Assembly: GCF_019464535.1 (NCBI RefSeq)
Contig: NZ_CP080507.1
Span: forward strand, 30,001 to 62,000
Direction of reading: 5' to 3'
DNA: 32,000 nucleotides
Source of the DNA: Horticoccus luteus
Lineage (GTDB): Bacteria > Verrucomicrobiota > Verrucomicrobiia > Opitutales > Opitutaceae
Shown here one piece after another: positions 22,694-31,178 of the stretch. The translations under genes and the position numbers were made by a program. Numbering within the stretch: the stretch's first letter is position 1; each line of letters starts with the position of its first letter. The notes under the pieces are model-generated. The model was not told the DNA's origin, made no database searches, and worked only from the letters and a program-made list of their open reading frames with translations.

Positions 22694-22870
22694 GGCGTTA
22701 CGACAAGGGAGCGCGCGGCGGCTGGCGAATCGAAATCCGCGGGGGTGGCGCGGGCGGTCGGCGGTGCGGAGGAGCCGCGCGCGGAGCGCACGGCGCACCG
22801 TTGAGGTGGCGGCGGATAAGGTTTGTCGCGAAGAGCGGGCGCGGCGCGGATCGCGGGCGCGAGGAAATGC

Positions 22871-23956
22871 TCAGGCGCGAGGAGGCGGGAGCTCGTTGGC
22901 GGGCGTGCCGGTGCGGATGGCGACGAGCGCGCAAACTTTGGGCACATACATGCGCGTTTCGGCGGGAAGCTGGGCGGCGATTTGCGCGAAGGTGTCGCCG
23001 TGTTGCGCGGCGAGGGCGCGGGCGACGCGGCCTTCGCCGGCGTTGTAGGCGGCGAGGGCGAGGGGCCAGGTGCCGAAGCGGGCGTGCAGCGTTTTGAGAT
23101 AACGCGCGGCGGCGTGGGCGGATTTTTCGGGGTCGGTGCGTTCGTCGGGGAGAAAGGTGCTGAGGCCGAGGTGCTTCGCGGTGGCGGGCATCATTTGAAA
23201 CAACCCGCGGGCGCCGGCGGGACTGCAGGCGGCGGGGTTGAGCGTGGACTCGACTTCGGCGAGCCAGGCGAGCTCGGGCGGCACACCTTCAGCGAGAAAC
23301 GCAGCGCGCAGGCGCGGCATGAGTTCCTCGGCGTCGGCGGGCGCGGGACGGTTTTGCACGCGTTTCAACCACAGGTCGTAGTGCGGCACGGCTGGTTGAG
23401 TGGCGGCGGTGGAAGACGGCGCGGGCGGAGTTGTCGGGGAGGCGGGCGCTGTGGCGGTGGGCGGGGTGGGTGCTGGCTCGGCGGAGGGCGAGGGGGCGGC
23501 GGGAGTGGTGGCGGTATCGCTGAGTTCCTTCGCGGCCTGGATGTAATCGAGGCGTTCCTTGAGCCAGTCGGTGTATTCCGGGCCGTCGGGTGAGGTGCGG
23601 AGGGCGGCGAGGGCGTGCAGCGTTTGGGGCTCGTAGCGCGCGAGATCGGCGAGGCTGTCGGACTCGAGGGCGTGTTCGAGATTGCCGACAAAGCCGTCCC
23701 ACTGCGCCTTCGAGGGAAACGCGTATTGTTCCTTGATGTCGGCCGGAGCGAATTGTTCGAAGAGGGACTGGCCGATGTCGTAGAGATCGTCGGGGGTCAC
23801 GGGGTTCTGGGCGGACGTTTCCGCGGGCGGGGCGGCGGGGGTGGACGACGAGGATGCCGGGGCGGTGGACGCGGGCGCGGGCTCCGGCTGCGGCTCGGCG
23901 AAGGCGAGCGGCACGACAAGAAGCACGAGTGGGAAAAGTGAAGGGGCGAGACGCAT
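22871..23956 (-). CDS. Lytic transglycosylase (SLT domain) with N-terminal helical region and Pro/Thr/Ala linker
   Basis: Signal peptide 'MRLAPSLFPLVLLVVPLAFA' from the ATG at 23956 (a GTG lies at 23959). SLT motifs are 'AEVESTLNPAACSPAGARGLFQMMPATA' and 'LALAAYNAGEGRV'. Confidence 0.85.
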   Translation of the reverse strand: MRLAPSLFPLVLLVVPLAFAEPQPEPAPASTAPASSSSTPAAPPAETSAQNPVTPDDLYDIGQSLFEQFAPADIKEQYAFPSKAQWDGFVGNLEHALESDSLADLARYEPQTLHALAALRTSPDGPEYTDWLKERLDYIQAAKELSDTATTPAAPSPSAEPAPTPPTATAPASPTTPPAPSSTAATQPAVPHYDLWLKRVQNRPAPADAEELMPRLRAAFLAEGVPPELAWLAEVESTLNPAACSPAGARGLFQMMPATAKHLGLSTFLPDERTDPEKSAHAAARYLKTLHARFGTWPLALAAYNAGEGRVARALAAQHGDTFAQIAAQLPAETRMYVPKVCALVAIRTGTPANELPPPRA

Positions 23957-24111
23957 CACGGATGTTGCGACCGGCGCGACGGGCGTTGGTCACGGAATTT
24001 CCGGGCGCAGGGCGGGACGAACCCGGGCGAGCGGGTTGAACGAATGCCCGGCCGGGGATACCATGGCGAGGACCGCTGACCGGTCGAAATCACGAACTCA
24101 ACGATAACGCG

Positions 24112-25662
24112 ATGAATACCAGCCTGACAGGGAAAAACTTTCTGGACCGATTTTCCACTTCGGTGACGGAGCACATGAGCGGGTGGCTGAAGCATTGGTT
24201 CGGCCCCGGCGCGGACCAGCGGATTTTCGGTGCGGTGACGTGGGCCGACGTGGGCGTCGCGTTGTGTTTTGTGGTGTTGGTATTGTTCGTGAACCTGGTC
24301 GCGCTGGGCTATGTGCGAGGCAAGTTGCACAAGACGGCGCAGGCGCCGGAGGGAGAGAAGATTTCCCATCACGTTTTTCACGCGCTGGGGAAGCCGTTGT
24401 ATGCGTTGATCTGGATTTACGGGATCTATTTCGCGGCCACCCCGCTGTTGGTGAAAGGAAAGCCGGATGAGAACACATCGGTGCTGCGGGAGGGCTTCGA
24501 CAAGGCGTTTAACCTCGCGGTGTTCGCCGTGTTGTTTTGGGCGTTCTTCCGGTTCACGCGGGTGCTGGAGGCGCGGTTGATGGTGTGGGCGGCGCGCTCG
24601 GACAGCCGGTTCGATGATTTGTTTGTGCCGTTGCTCGGCAAGTGTCTGCGCGTGTTGCTGCCGGTGCTCGGGATCATCTTTGCGCTGCCGCTGCTCAACC
24701 TGCCGCCGGATTACGCGGGCATCCTCGGGAAGGGGACGAGCATTCTGCTGATCGTGGCAGTGGCGGTGATTCTTTTTCAGTCGGTCAACCTGGGCGAAAA
24801 GGCGGTGTTGACGAAGTTCGACGTGAAGGTCTCCGACAATTTGCGCGCGCGGAAAATTTACACGCAGGTCCACGTGATCAGCAAAGTGGCCTACGCCATC
24901 ATCGCGTTGTTCACGATCGCCTCGGTGCTGATGTTGTTTGCGGAAGTGCGGCAGTTCGGGGCGAGCATCCTGGCGTCGGCCGGCGTGATCGGCATCGTGA
25001 TCGGTTTCGCGGCGCAGAAGACGATTTCCAATTTGTTCGCGGGCTTCCAGATCGCGATGACGCAGCCGATCCGGTTGGACGACGTCGTCATTGTAGAGAA
25101 CGAGTGGGGACGGGTGGAGGAGATCACGTTGACCTACGTGATTGTGCACATCTGGGACGATCGGCGGCTGGTGGTGCCGTTAAGTTATTTCATTGAGAAG
25201 CCGTTTCAAAACTGGACGCGCGCCTCGGCGCAATTGCTGGGGTCGGTGTATCTGTGGGTGGATTTCACCCTGCCGCTGGATGAGGTGCGTGCGGCGCTCA
25301 AAAAGATCATCGAACCGCATCCGCTGTGGGATAAACGTTTTTGGAATCTGCAGGTGTCGGACGCGACGGAGAAGACGATGCAGCTCCGCGTGCTGGCGAC
25401 GACGGCGGATTCGTCGAAGGGCTGGGATTTGCGGTGCGCGATCCGCGAACAGCTCATCGCCTATGTGCAGAAAAACCATCCGAACAGCCTGCCGCGGTTT
25501 CGCACGGAGATCGGCGGCCCGCCGGGAGGCTTGTTGCTGGCGCAGCCGGAGGCAGGCGTGGGGCAGGCCACGGTGCCGGGCGGACGTTCCTCGGTTGCTG
25601 GAAGAGAGGCCGCGGACGATGCGAATCACGCGCCAGATAGTCAGGCGCAAGGTGCGGGTTGA
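24112..25662 (+). CDS. Mechanosensitive ion channel, MscS family
   Basis: Several N-terminal TM helices. The pore helix and beta-domain 'GVIGIVIGFAAQKTISNLFAGFQIAMTQPIRLDDVVIVENEWGRVEEITLTYVIVHIWDDRRLVVP' are typical of the MscS family. Confidence 0.85.
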   Translation: MNTSLTGKNFLDRFSTSVTEHMSGWLKHWFGPGADQRIFGAVTWADVGVALCFVVLVLFVNLVALGYVRGKLHKTAQAPEGEKISHHVFHALGKPLYALIWIYGIYFAATPLLVKGKPDENTSVLREGFDKAFNLAVFAVLFWAFFRFTRVLEARLMVWAARSDSRFDDLFVPLLGKCLRVLLPVLGIIFALPLLNLPPDYAGILGKGTSILLIVAVAVILFQSVNLGEKAVLTKFDVKVSDNLRARKIYTQVHVISKVAYAIIALFTIASVLMLFAEVRQFGASILASAGVIGIVIGFAAQKTISNLFAGFQIAMTQPIRLDDVVIVENEWGRVEEITLTYVIVHIWDDRRLVVPLSYFIEKPFQNWTRASAQLLGSVYLWVDFTLPLDEVRAALKKIIEPHPLWDKRFWNLQVSDATEKTMQLRVLATTADSSKGWDLRCAIREQLIAYVQKNHPNSLPRFRTEIGGPPGGLLLAQPEAGVGQATVPGGRSSVAGREAADDANHAPDSQAQGAG

Positions 25663-25811
25663 CCGGCAGAGCACGCACGGCGCGGCGGAGGCGTACCCCG
25701 TAAGGAACTGACGGCGTTGCGCTTCGCGGGGAACGGTGCGCGCGGGGAGCGCGGTGATGGGTTTCCCGTTTGACCCCCGGGCGGGGGCGGGTAGGTAAAA
25801 CCTTTCCGATT

Positions 25812-27236
25812 TTGAACCGCGTCCATATCAAGACCTATGGTTGCCAGATGAACGAGCGCGACAGCGACGCGGTCGCGGCGATGCTGCGTGCGCGTGGCTA
25901 TCGGATCGTGGCGGACGAGAACGAGTGCGACATCCTGCTGCTCAACACATGCAGCGTGCGCGATGCCGCGGAGCAAAAGGCGATCGGCAAGGCCGGCTAC
26001 CTCCAGCGGCGCAAGAAGAAGCAGCCGGACTTCGTCTTGGGGATTCTCGGGTGCATGGCACAGAACCGTGGGGCGTCGCTCCTCGATCAGTTGCCCGACG
26101 TGGACCTGATCATCGGGACGCAGAAGTTTCACCAAGTGCCGGGGTATCTCGACAACCTGCGGGCGGCGCGGGAGGCGGGCCTGCCGGTGGGCGCGAGCAT
26201 CGTCGATATCGGCGAGGAGGCAGGGTCACAAAACACGATCAAAGATCACCTGCTGCCGGAAGCGAACACGAGCGGCGGCGCGGCGAATGGCGAAGGAGGA
26301 GGCGGCGAGGGTGACGTTGAGAGTGAGCGACAGGTGAGTGCGTTCGTGTCGATTCAGCAGGGCTGCAACATGGATTGCGCGTTTTGCATCGTGCCGAAGA
26401 CGCGCGGCGACGAACGTTCGCGGCCGATGGACGACATCGTGGCGGAGTGCCGGATGCTCGCGGCGCGGGGCGTGCGGGAGATCACGTTGCTCGGCCAGAT
26501 CGTGACGAGTTACGGGCGGCGCGACTACGTGCACACGGGCGGGGTGACGCCGTTTGTGCAACTGCTGGAGCGCGTGCACGCGATCGATGGCATTGAGCGC
26601 ATCCGGTTTACGTCGCCCCATCCGCGCGGGTTCAAGGACGACTTGGTGGCGGCGTATGGGCGGCTGCCGAAATTGTGCGGCTACGTGCATCTGCCGATGC
26701 AGAGCGGCAGCAATCGCATCCTGCGCGCGATGAACCGGCCTTACACGCGGGAGCGTTACCGGGAGATCGTGGAGGCGTTGCGCGCGGTGGAGCCCGGGAT
26801 GTATTTTTCGACGGATGTGATTGTGGGTTTTCCGGGCGAAACGGAGGAGGATTTCGAGCAGACGCGGGAGCTGTTCGAGGCGTGCGACTTCGACATGGCG
26901 TATGTGTTTAAATACTCGATCCGCACCGGCACGCCCGCCGCAGACATGGGCGACCAGGTGGCGGATGAAGTGAAGGAACGCCGCAACCAAGTGCTGCTCG
27001 ACGTGCTGGAAAGAAATTCCCTGCGGCGCACGCAGCGGCTCATCGGCGCGGTGGAGGAGGTGCTGGTGGAAGGGCGGGACAAAAGTGGCGCGCGCTTCAC
27101 GGGGCGCACGCGGGGGAATCGCGTGTGTGTGTTCGACGCCGATCCGCGGCTGGTGGGCGAACTCGTGCCGCTGCGGATTGAACGCGCGAGCGTGAGCACG
27201 TTGTATGGGGAGCTCGTGCTGGCGGGGGTGGGGTGA
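25812..27236 (+). CDS. miaB: tRNA-i6A37 methylthiotransferase MiaB (radical SAM MTTase)
   Basis: 'VHIKTYGCQMNERDSD' (N-terminal Cys cluster), the radical-SAM 'GCNMDCAFCIVP', and a TRAM-like C-terminus 'VEEVLVEGRDK..FTGRTRGNRV'. The TTG at 25812 gives the usual N-terminus; the track ORF begins at another TTG (25770), so the start is uncertain. Confidence 0.85.
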   Translation: MNRVHIKTYGCQMNERDSDAVAAMLRARGYRIVADENECDILLLNTCSVRDAAEQKAIGKAGYLQRRKKKQPDFVLGILGCMAQNRGASLLDQLPDVDLIIGTQKFHQVPGYLDNLRAAREAGLPVGASIVDIGEEAGSQNTIKDHLLPEANTSGGAANGEGGGGEGDVESERQVSAFVSIQQGCNMDCAFCIVPKTRGDERSRPMDDIVAECRMLAARGVREITLLGQIVTSYGRRDYVHTGGVTPFVQLLERVHAIDGIERIRFTSPHPRGFKDDLVAAYGRLPKLCGYVHLPMQSGSNRILRAMNRPYTRERYREIVEALRAVEPGMYFSTDVIVGFPGETEEDFEQTRELFEACDFDMAYVFKYSIRTGTPAADMGDQVADEVKERRNQVLLDVLERNSLRRTQRLIGAVEEVLVEGRDKSGARFTGRTRGNRVCVFDADPRLVGELVPLRIERASVSTLYGELVLAGVG

Positions 27237-27239
27237 GCG

Positions 27240-27270
27240 CGTGCTCTTGCTCGTAATCGTGCTCGTAATC
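27240..27270. repeat. Left arm of an imperfect 31-bp inverted repeat flanking the four-helix-bundle gene
   Basis: cgtgctcttgctcgtaatcgtgctcgtaatc. The reverse complement of 27699-27729 is cgtgctcttaatcgtaatcttactcgtgctc, matching at roughly 24 of 31 positions by hand alignment. The arm begins 4 nt after the miaB stop. Confidence 0.65.
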
Positions 27271-27284
27271 TCCTAACTCGTCGC

Positions 27285-27710
27285 ATGTCCAAAATCTATT
27301 TCGATCACGAAAAACTCCGCGTCTATCAGGAGGCCCTGCGGTTTGTCGCGTTCGCCGACACAATTCTCGGAGCCCTCCCAGGCAAGATCGCCGCACGCGA
27401 TCAATTGGATCGCGCTTCCACGAGTATCGTTTTGAACATCGCCGAAGGAAACGGCAAACGCTCACGGCCTGATCGCTGTCGCTATCTCGATATTGCACGC
27501 GGTTCGGCGCTCGAATGTGCAGCGGGCTTGGACGTGCTGGTCGTGAGAAATCAGCTCGACGCAACCAGAGCGGCGGAGGGCAAGGAAGTCTTGGTGGGCG
27601 TGGTCTCGATGCTGATGGGACTATTGGAGACGTTTGGCGGGCAGGTGCGCGAGGAACAGGCCGATTATGAGGAGTTGGCGGAGTCCGGACCAGAGATTGA
27701 GCACGAGTAA
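27285..27710 (+). CDS. Four-helix-bundle protein (23S rRNA intervening-sequence protein / Avd-like family)
   Basis: 'YQEALRFVAFADTIL..LP......DQLDRASTSIVLNIAEGNGKRS..DRCRYLDIARGSALECAAGLDVL' matches the hallmark pattern of this family. Visibly lower G+C than the neighbouring genes. Confidence 0.8.
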   Translation: MSKIYFDHEKLRVYQEALRFVAFADTILGALPGKIAARDQLDRASTSIVLNIAEGNGKRSRPDRCRYLDIARGSALECAAGLDVLVVRNQLDATRAAEGKEVLVGVVSMLMGLLETFGGQVREEQADYEELAESGPEIEHE

Positions 27711-27729
27711 GATTACGATTAAGAGCACG
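27699..27729. repeat. Right arm of the inverted repeat flanking the four-helix-bundle gene
   Basis: gagcacgagtaagattacgattaagagcacg. It overlaps the last codons and stop of the gene ('..IEHE*') and ends 6 nt before the ATG of the next gene. Confidence 0.65.
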
Positions 27730-27735
27730 AATACC

Positions 27736-28275
27736 ATGTCCCTCACCCTTGCCACCCTTTTGCCCGGTCTGGTCCTCTGCGTTTTCGGCGCGGCGCTGCT
27801 GTTCGGCGGCAAGGCCTTCGCGGCGCTCTGCAAAGCGTTTCCCCGTTCGCCGGCGGCGGCGGTGATTTGCTTCGGCGGGGGCGCATTGTGGTTTCTCTAC
27901 GAAGTCTGGCACCTGCCGCAGGCGGACTTCGGCGAATACCACGTGATTCTCACCATCGGTTTCGCGTTGCTCGCGGTGCTGGCGTTCTCGGCCATCCCGG
28001 ATTTTCTCGCCGTGCGCGGGCTCGCCGTGCTGGTGCTGTTAAGCGCGTCGCCATTACTGATGGCGGCTTACATGGAATACGATCATCCGCAGCGACTGTG
28101 CATGGTGACGCTGGTCTTCGTGGCGATCGCGGCGGCGCTTTATCTGGGCGCGTCGCCTTTCCGGTTGCGCGATGCGTTTGAGTGGCTGTTCGCGCGAACC
28201 GCGCGCGTGAAGACGGCCGGCGCGGTGCTGCTAGGTTACGGGGCGCTCCTCGCGGTGGTGGCGTTTACGTATTGA
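27736..28275 (+). CDS. Small polytopic membrane protein, unknown function
   Basis: The ATG at 27736 gives 'MSLTLATLLPGLVLCVFGAALLFGG', followed by about five hydrophobic helices. The track start at 27634 would overlap the previous gene. Confidence 0.6.
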   Translation: MSLTLATLLPGLVLCVFGAALLFGGKAFAALCKAFPRSPAAAVICFGGGALWFLYEVWHLPQADFGEYHVILTIGFALLAVLAFSAIPDFLAVRGLAVLVLLSASPLLMAAYMEYDHPQRLCMVTLVFVAIAAALYLGASPFRLRDAFEWLFARTARVKTAGAVLLGYGALLAVVAFTY

Positions 28276-28293
28276 GGCGCGGAGGGCGAACGC

Positions 28294-28920
28294 ATGACGA
28301 ATTCGCGCGCCGTTGACTCTCCGCCTGTGCTGCTGGTGCTGGCCGGTCCGGCGGGGTCGGGCAAGAGCACGTTGTGCGACCGGCTGGTCGCGGAACACGC
28401 GGGGTTCTCACGGGTGATCACCACGACTACGCGCGCGCCACGGAAGGGTGAAGTGAATGGCGTGCATTATCATTTTTTCACGCCAGCGGAATTCGACGCA
28501 AAAGTGGCGGCGGGAGAATTTCTCGAATGGGCCTGGGTGCACGGCGAGCGACGCTACGGCACGCTCGCGTCATCGGTCGTGGAACCGCTGACCCAGGGGC
28601 GCGATCTCGTGATGAGCGTCGATGTGCAGGGGGTGGAGAGCTTTCGCCGGGTCGCGGAGCGGACGCCGTTGCTGAAGCGCAGCCTGACGACGGTGTTCAT
28701 CGTGGTGGATCACGACCGGCTTCTCGGGCGGATGCGATCGCGCGGGCAGGACGACGAAGCGGAGATCGCGCGGCGGATGGCGACGGCGGAAGCGGAACTG
28801 CGCGAAGCGCGGAAATTCGATTTCGTGATCGAGAGCCGCACGCGCGAGGAAGACTTTGCGGCGTTGCTGGCGATCTTGGAAAAAGCGCGGGCCCGCAGCG
28901 CGGCGGGCGTTGGCCTATAA
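28294..28920 (+). CDS. gmk: Guanylate kinase
   Basis: P-loop 'LAGPAGSGKSTL', 'TTTTRAPRKGEVNGVHYHFFT..EF......GEFLEWAWVHGERRYGT'. Confidence 0.9.
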   Translation: MTNSRAVDSPPVLLVLAGPAGSGKSTLCDRLVAEHAGFSRVITTTTRAPRKGEVNGVHYHFFTPAEFDAKVAAGEFLEWAWVHGERRYGTLASSVVEPLTQGRDLVMSVDVQGVESFRRVAERTPLLKRSLTTVFIVVDHDRLLGRMRSRGQDDEAEIARRMATAEAELREARKFDFVIESRTREEDFAALLAILEKARARSAAGVGL

Positions 28921-29169
28921 ACGCCCGTGCTCATCGGCGAGCGCAGCAGGGAGTGGCAGTGCCGCTGGCAGAATTCCATCGAGACCAACATTCGCGATGG
29001 TGGCGGGGCTGCTCGTGGCGGGCTCAGAGCCGGTTTTTTCCGCCTTCTTGCAATCCGTCGTCCATCGGGTCGGCGCCCGGCGAATAACGCAGAAGCAAAC
29101 ATGGATTTAAAACTGGCAAGCCGCCTTGTTCGCGGCCACCGCCGGCGAATTTGTCACGAGTCAAGATAT

Positions 29170-29205
29170 GAGGTTTTTAATTGAGGGGAGGTTTTGAATT
29201 GAGGG
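29170..29205. repeat. AT-rich tandem repeat, 2 x 18 bp
   Basis: gaggtttttaattgaggg / gaggttttgaattgaggg (one mismatch), immediately 3' of the integrase-like remnant on the minus strand. Confidence 0.8.
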
Positions 29206-29218
29206 CTGCGGGCGCAAG

Positions 29219-29521
29219 CTACTCTTGCATGTGCCGGATGTCGGGTCCGTGCTCCAGCATGAGCATCGCCGGTGTGGGGAAACAGGCGGCGAAGCACGCC
29301 GTTGCCCACCGGGCGACGTAACCGGGGAGGAGCGCCGCCGGAGATTTCACCAGCTTAAATCGCTCGCGCATACGCACGTCCATTGCCCGCAGGCACCGCA
29401 GTGGCTCGTGCAGGTCACGTTGTTCGCGGCCAGCGGTCCGGCCGGTAGATCGCGAGAGATCCTCCGCGCGCGGAATTAAACGATCCTGTCTCGCAGAGAC
29501 GTTTTGATCCCGCGGCGGCAA
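29219..29521 (-). pseudogene. Degenerate C-terminal fragment of a tyrosine recombinase (phage-integrase/XerC-like)
   Basis: The ORF end 'ACFAACFPTPAMLMLEHGPDIRHMQE*' aligns by eye with the integrase box II region '..[25 protein letters not shown]'. The catalytic R and H are lost and a premature stop is present. Only about 100 aa remain and there is no N-terminal domain. Confidence 0.45.
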
Positions 29522-29536
29522 GTGAAGCCGTAGCGG

Positions 29537-31096
29537 CTATGCGGATTCTTCGCTGACGTAGTGGGCGCCGCGGCTTTCGGGGTTGAGGGCGGCGGCGTGG
29601 ACGACGAGGAGGGCGGTCTGCACGGCGTTGCGCAGTTCAATGAGTTCACGCGTCACCTGCCGGTCGCGATAAAAACTCTGAATCTCCTCGCGCAACTCGA
29701 GGAGGATGCGGCGGGCGCGCGTCAGGCGGCGATAGGAGCGGATGATGCCGGCGTAGTTCCACATCGTGTGCTGGATTTGCAGCATGTCCTGGCGCAGAAG
29801 CAGCGGATCGGCGATGCGCGCGGCACTCTTCCATGGGCGGGGTTGCGCGAGGCGGAAATCGCCGCGCGCGAGGTCGGCGGCGTCGGCCTGAGCAGTGATT
29901 TTCGCACTGGTGAGGCATTCCAAGAGGGACGTGCTGGCGAGGCGGTTGGCGCCGTGGAGACCGGTGCAGGCGGTTTCGCCGATGGCGTTGAGGCCGCGGA
30001 TGTTCGTGCGACCGGCGAGGTCGGTGTGCACGCCGCCGCAGGCGAAGTGCGCGGCGGGAACGACGGGGATGCGTTCGCGCGTGATATCCACGCCGGCGGC
30101 GAGGCAGCGGTCATAGATGCTCGGGAAACGTTCGCGCACGAACTCGGGTTTCAGCGCAGAGAGATCGAGGTAGACGCAGGGTTCGCCGGAGGCGGCGAGT
30201 TCCTCGCGGATGGCGCGGGCGACGATGTCGCGCGGGGCGAGCGAACCGAGCGGATGTTTGTCATCCATGAAGCGTTGGCCGCGGCCGTTGACGAGCACGG
30301 CGCCTTCGCCGCGCAACGCTTCGGTGATGAGGAAACGCTGACCGCCGGCGCCGGCGAAAACGGTCGGGTGGAACTGCACGTATTCGAGGTCGATGAGGCG
30401 CGCGCCGACGCGATACGCCATCGCCACGCCGTGGCCGACGCTGCCGGGCTGGTTGGTCGTGTGCAGATAGATTTGGCCGAGGCCGCCGGTCGCGAGAATG
30501 GTTTTCTTTGCCACGATCGCGGCGACTTCGCCGGAGTGGGTGTCGAGGACGTAGGCGCCGAAGCAGGTCAGCGGTTCGTATTTGTCGGCGGGGCTGGCGG
30601 CGTTGTGCGAGAGGGTGAGCAGGTCGACGGCGACCCAGCCGAGGCGGCGGGTGATGCGAGGTGTGGCATCGACGCGCGCGGCGACGGCGGTGAGGATGGC
30701 GTGGCCGGTGGTGTCCTTCGCGTGGATGATGCGGCGGCCGTGGTGGCCGCCTTCGCGGCCGAGATCGAGGTGGCCGGCGGCGTCGCGATCGAAGGGCACG
30801 GCGAGTTCATCGAGGAGCAACTCTTTGACGGCGAGCGGGCCCTCGCGGACGAGTTGCTCCACGGCGGCGGGATTCGAGGTGCCGTCGCTGGCGTCGATGA
30901 TGTCGCGCGAGAGCTGGGCGGGATCGTGCGCGGTTTCGTAGATGATGCCGCCTTGGGCCCAATCGCTGTTGGCGACGAGCGGGCCGGAGAGCGAGAGGAG
31001 TTCGACGGCGTGGCCGGCGCGCGCGGCGTGCAACGCGTAGGCCGAACCGGCGAGGCCGGCGCCGATGACGAGGCAGTCGGTGGAAAAGGTGCGCAT
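29537..31096 (-). CDS. nadB: L-aspartate oxidase
   Basis: FAD motif 'DCLVIGAGLAGSAYAL', with 'WAQGGI', 'VQFHPT', 'LITEALRGEGA' and 'CTGLHGANRLASTSLLE', characteristic of NadB. Confidence 0.9.
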   Translation of the reverse strand: MRTFSTDCLVIGAGLAGSAYALHAARAGHAVELLSLSGPLVANSDWAQGGIIYETAHDPAQLSRDIIDASDGTSNPAAVEQLVREGPLAVKELLLDELAVPFDRDAAGHLDLGREGGHHGRRIIHAKDTTGHAILTAVAARVDATPRITRRLGWVAVDLLTLSHNAASPADKYEPLTCFGAYVLDTHSGEVAAIVAKKTILATGGLGQIYLHTTNQPGSVGHGVAMAYRVGARLIDLEYVQFHPTVFAGAGGQRFLITEALRGEGAVLVNGRGQRFMDDKHPLGSLAPRDIVARAIREELAASGEPCVYLDLSALKPEFVRERFPSIYDRCLAAGVDITRERIPVVPAAHFACGGVHTDLAGRTNIRGLNAIGETACTGLHGANRLASTSLLECLTSAKITAQADAADLARGDFRLAQPRPWKSAARIADPLLLRQDMLQIQHTMWNYAGIIRSYRRLTRARRILLELREEIQSFYRDRQVTRELIELRNAVQTALLVVHAAALNPESRGAHYVSEESA

Positions 31097-31140
31097 GGGA
31101 TTCAGGCGGAAATTGGCGGTGAGGGCGCGTCGCTAAAGTT

Positions 31141-31164
31141 GCGGGGTGAGGGCACCCCGCCTAC
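31141..31164 (-). repeat. REP-like hairpin element, copy 3 (minus-strand reading: GTAG-GCGGGGTG-CCCT-CACCCCGC)
   Basis: Same stem and loop as copy 1, with a GTAG head. Lies in the 82-bp spacer between nadC and nadB. Confidence 0.7.
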
Positions 31165-31178
31165 AGAGGAAGAAGCGA

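Noticed and set aside
25770-25800. Possible promoter (TTGACC ... TAGGTAAAA) upstream of miaB
   Set aside because: The -10 candidate matches the consensus poorly, at about 2 of 6 positions. The -35 hexamer coincides with an alternative TTG start codon of the same ORF, so this is too weak to report as a feature.
26256-26330. Gly/Glu-rich insertion 'PEANTSGGAANGEGGGGEGDVESER' in MiaB, between the N-terminal MTTase domain and the radical-SAM domain
   Set aside because: This inter-domain linker is naturally variable in length among MiaB homologues, and a low-complexity linker alone is not evidence of anything unusual.
27285-27710. Possibility that the four-helix-bundle (Avd-like) gene marks a diversity-generating retroelement
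   Set aside because: No reverse transcriptase ORF and no template/variable repeat pair with adenine-specific mismatches is visible anywhere in the window. I therefore treat it as an orphan IVS-type cassette, not a DGR.
28921-29218. Search for a tRNA/tmRNA integration target or a terminator next to the integrase remnant (including the T6 run at 29033-29038)
   Set aside because: I could not find a cloverleaf or a T-arm-like GGTTCGAATCC-type box. The sequence preceding the T-run forms only a 3-5 bp stem with a tiny loop, so neither a tRNA nor a convincing intrinsic terminator can be supported.
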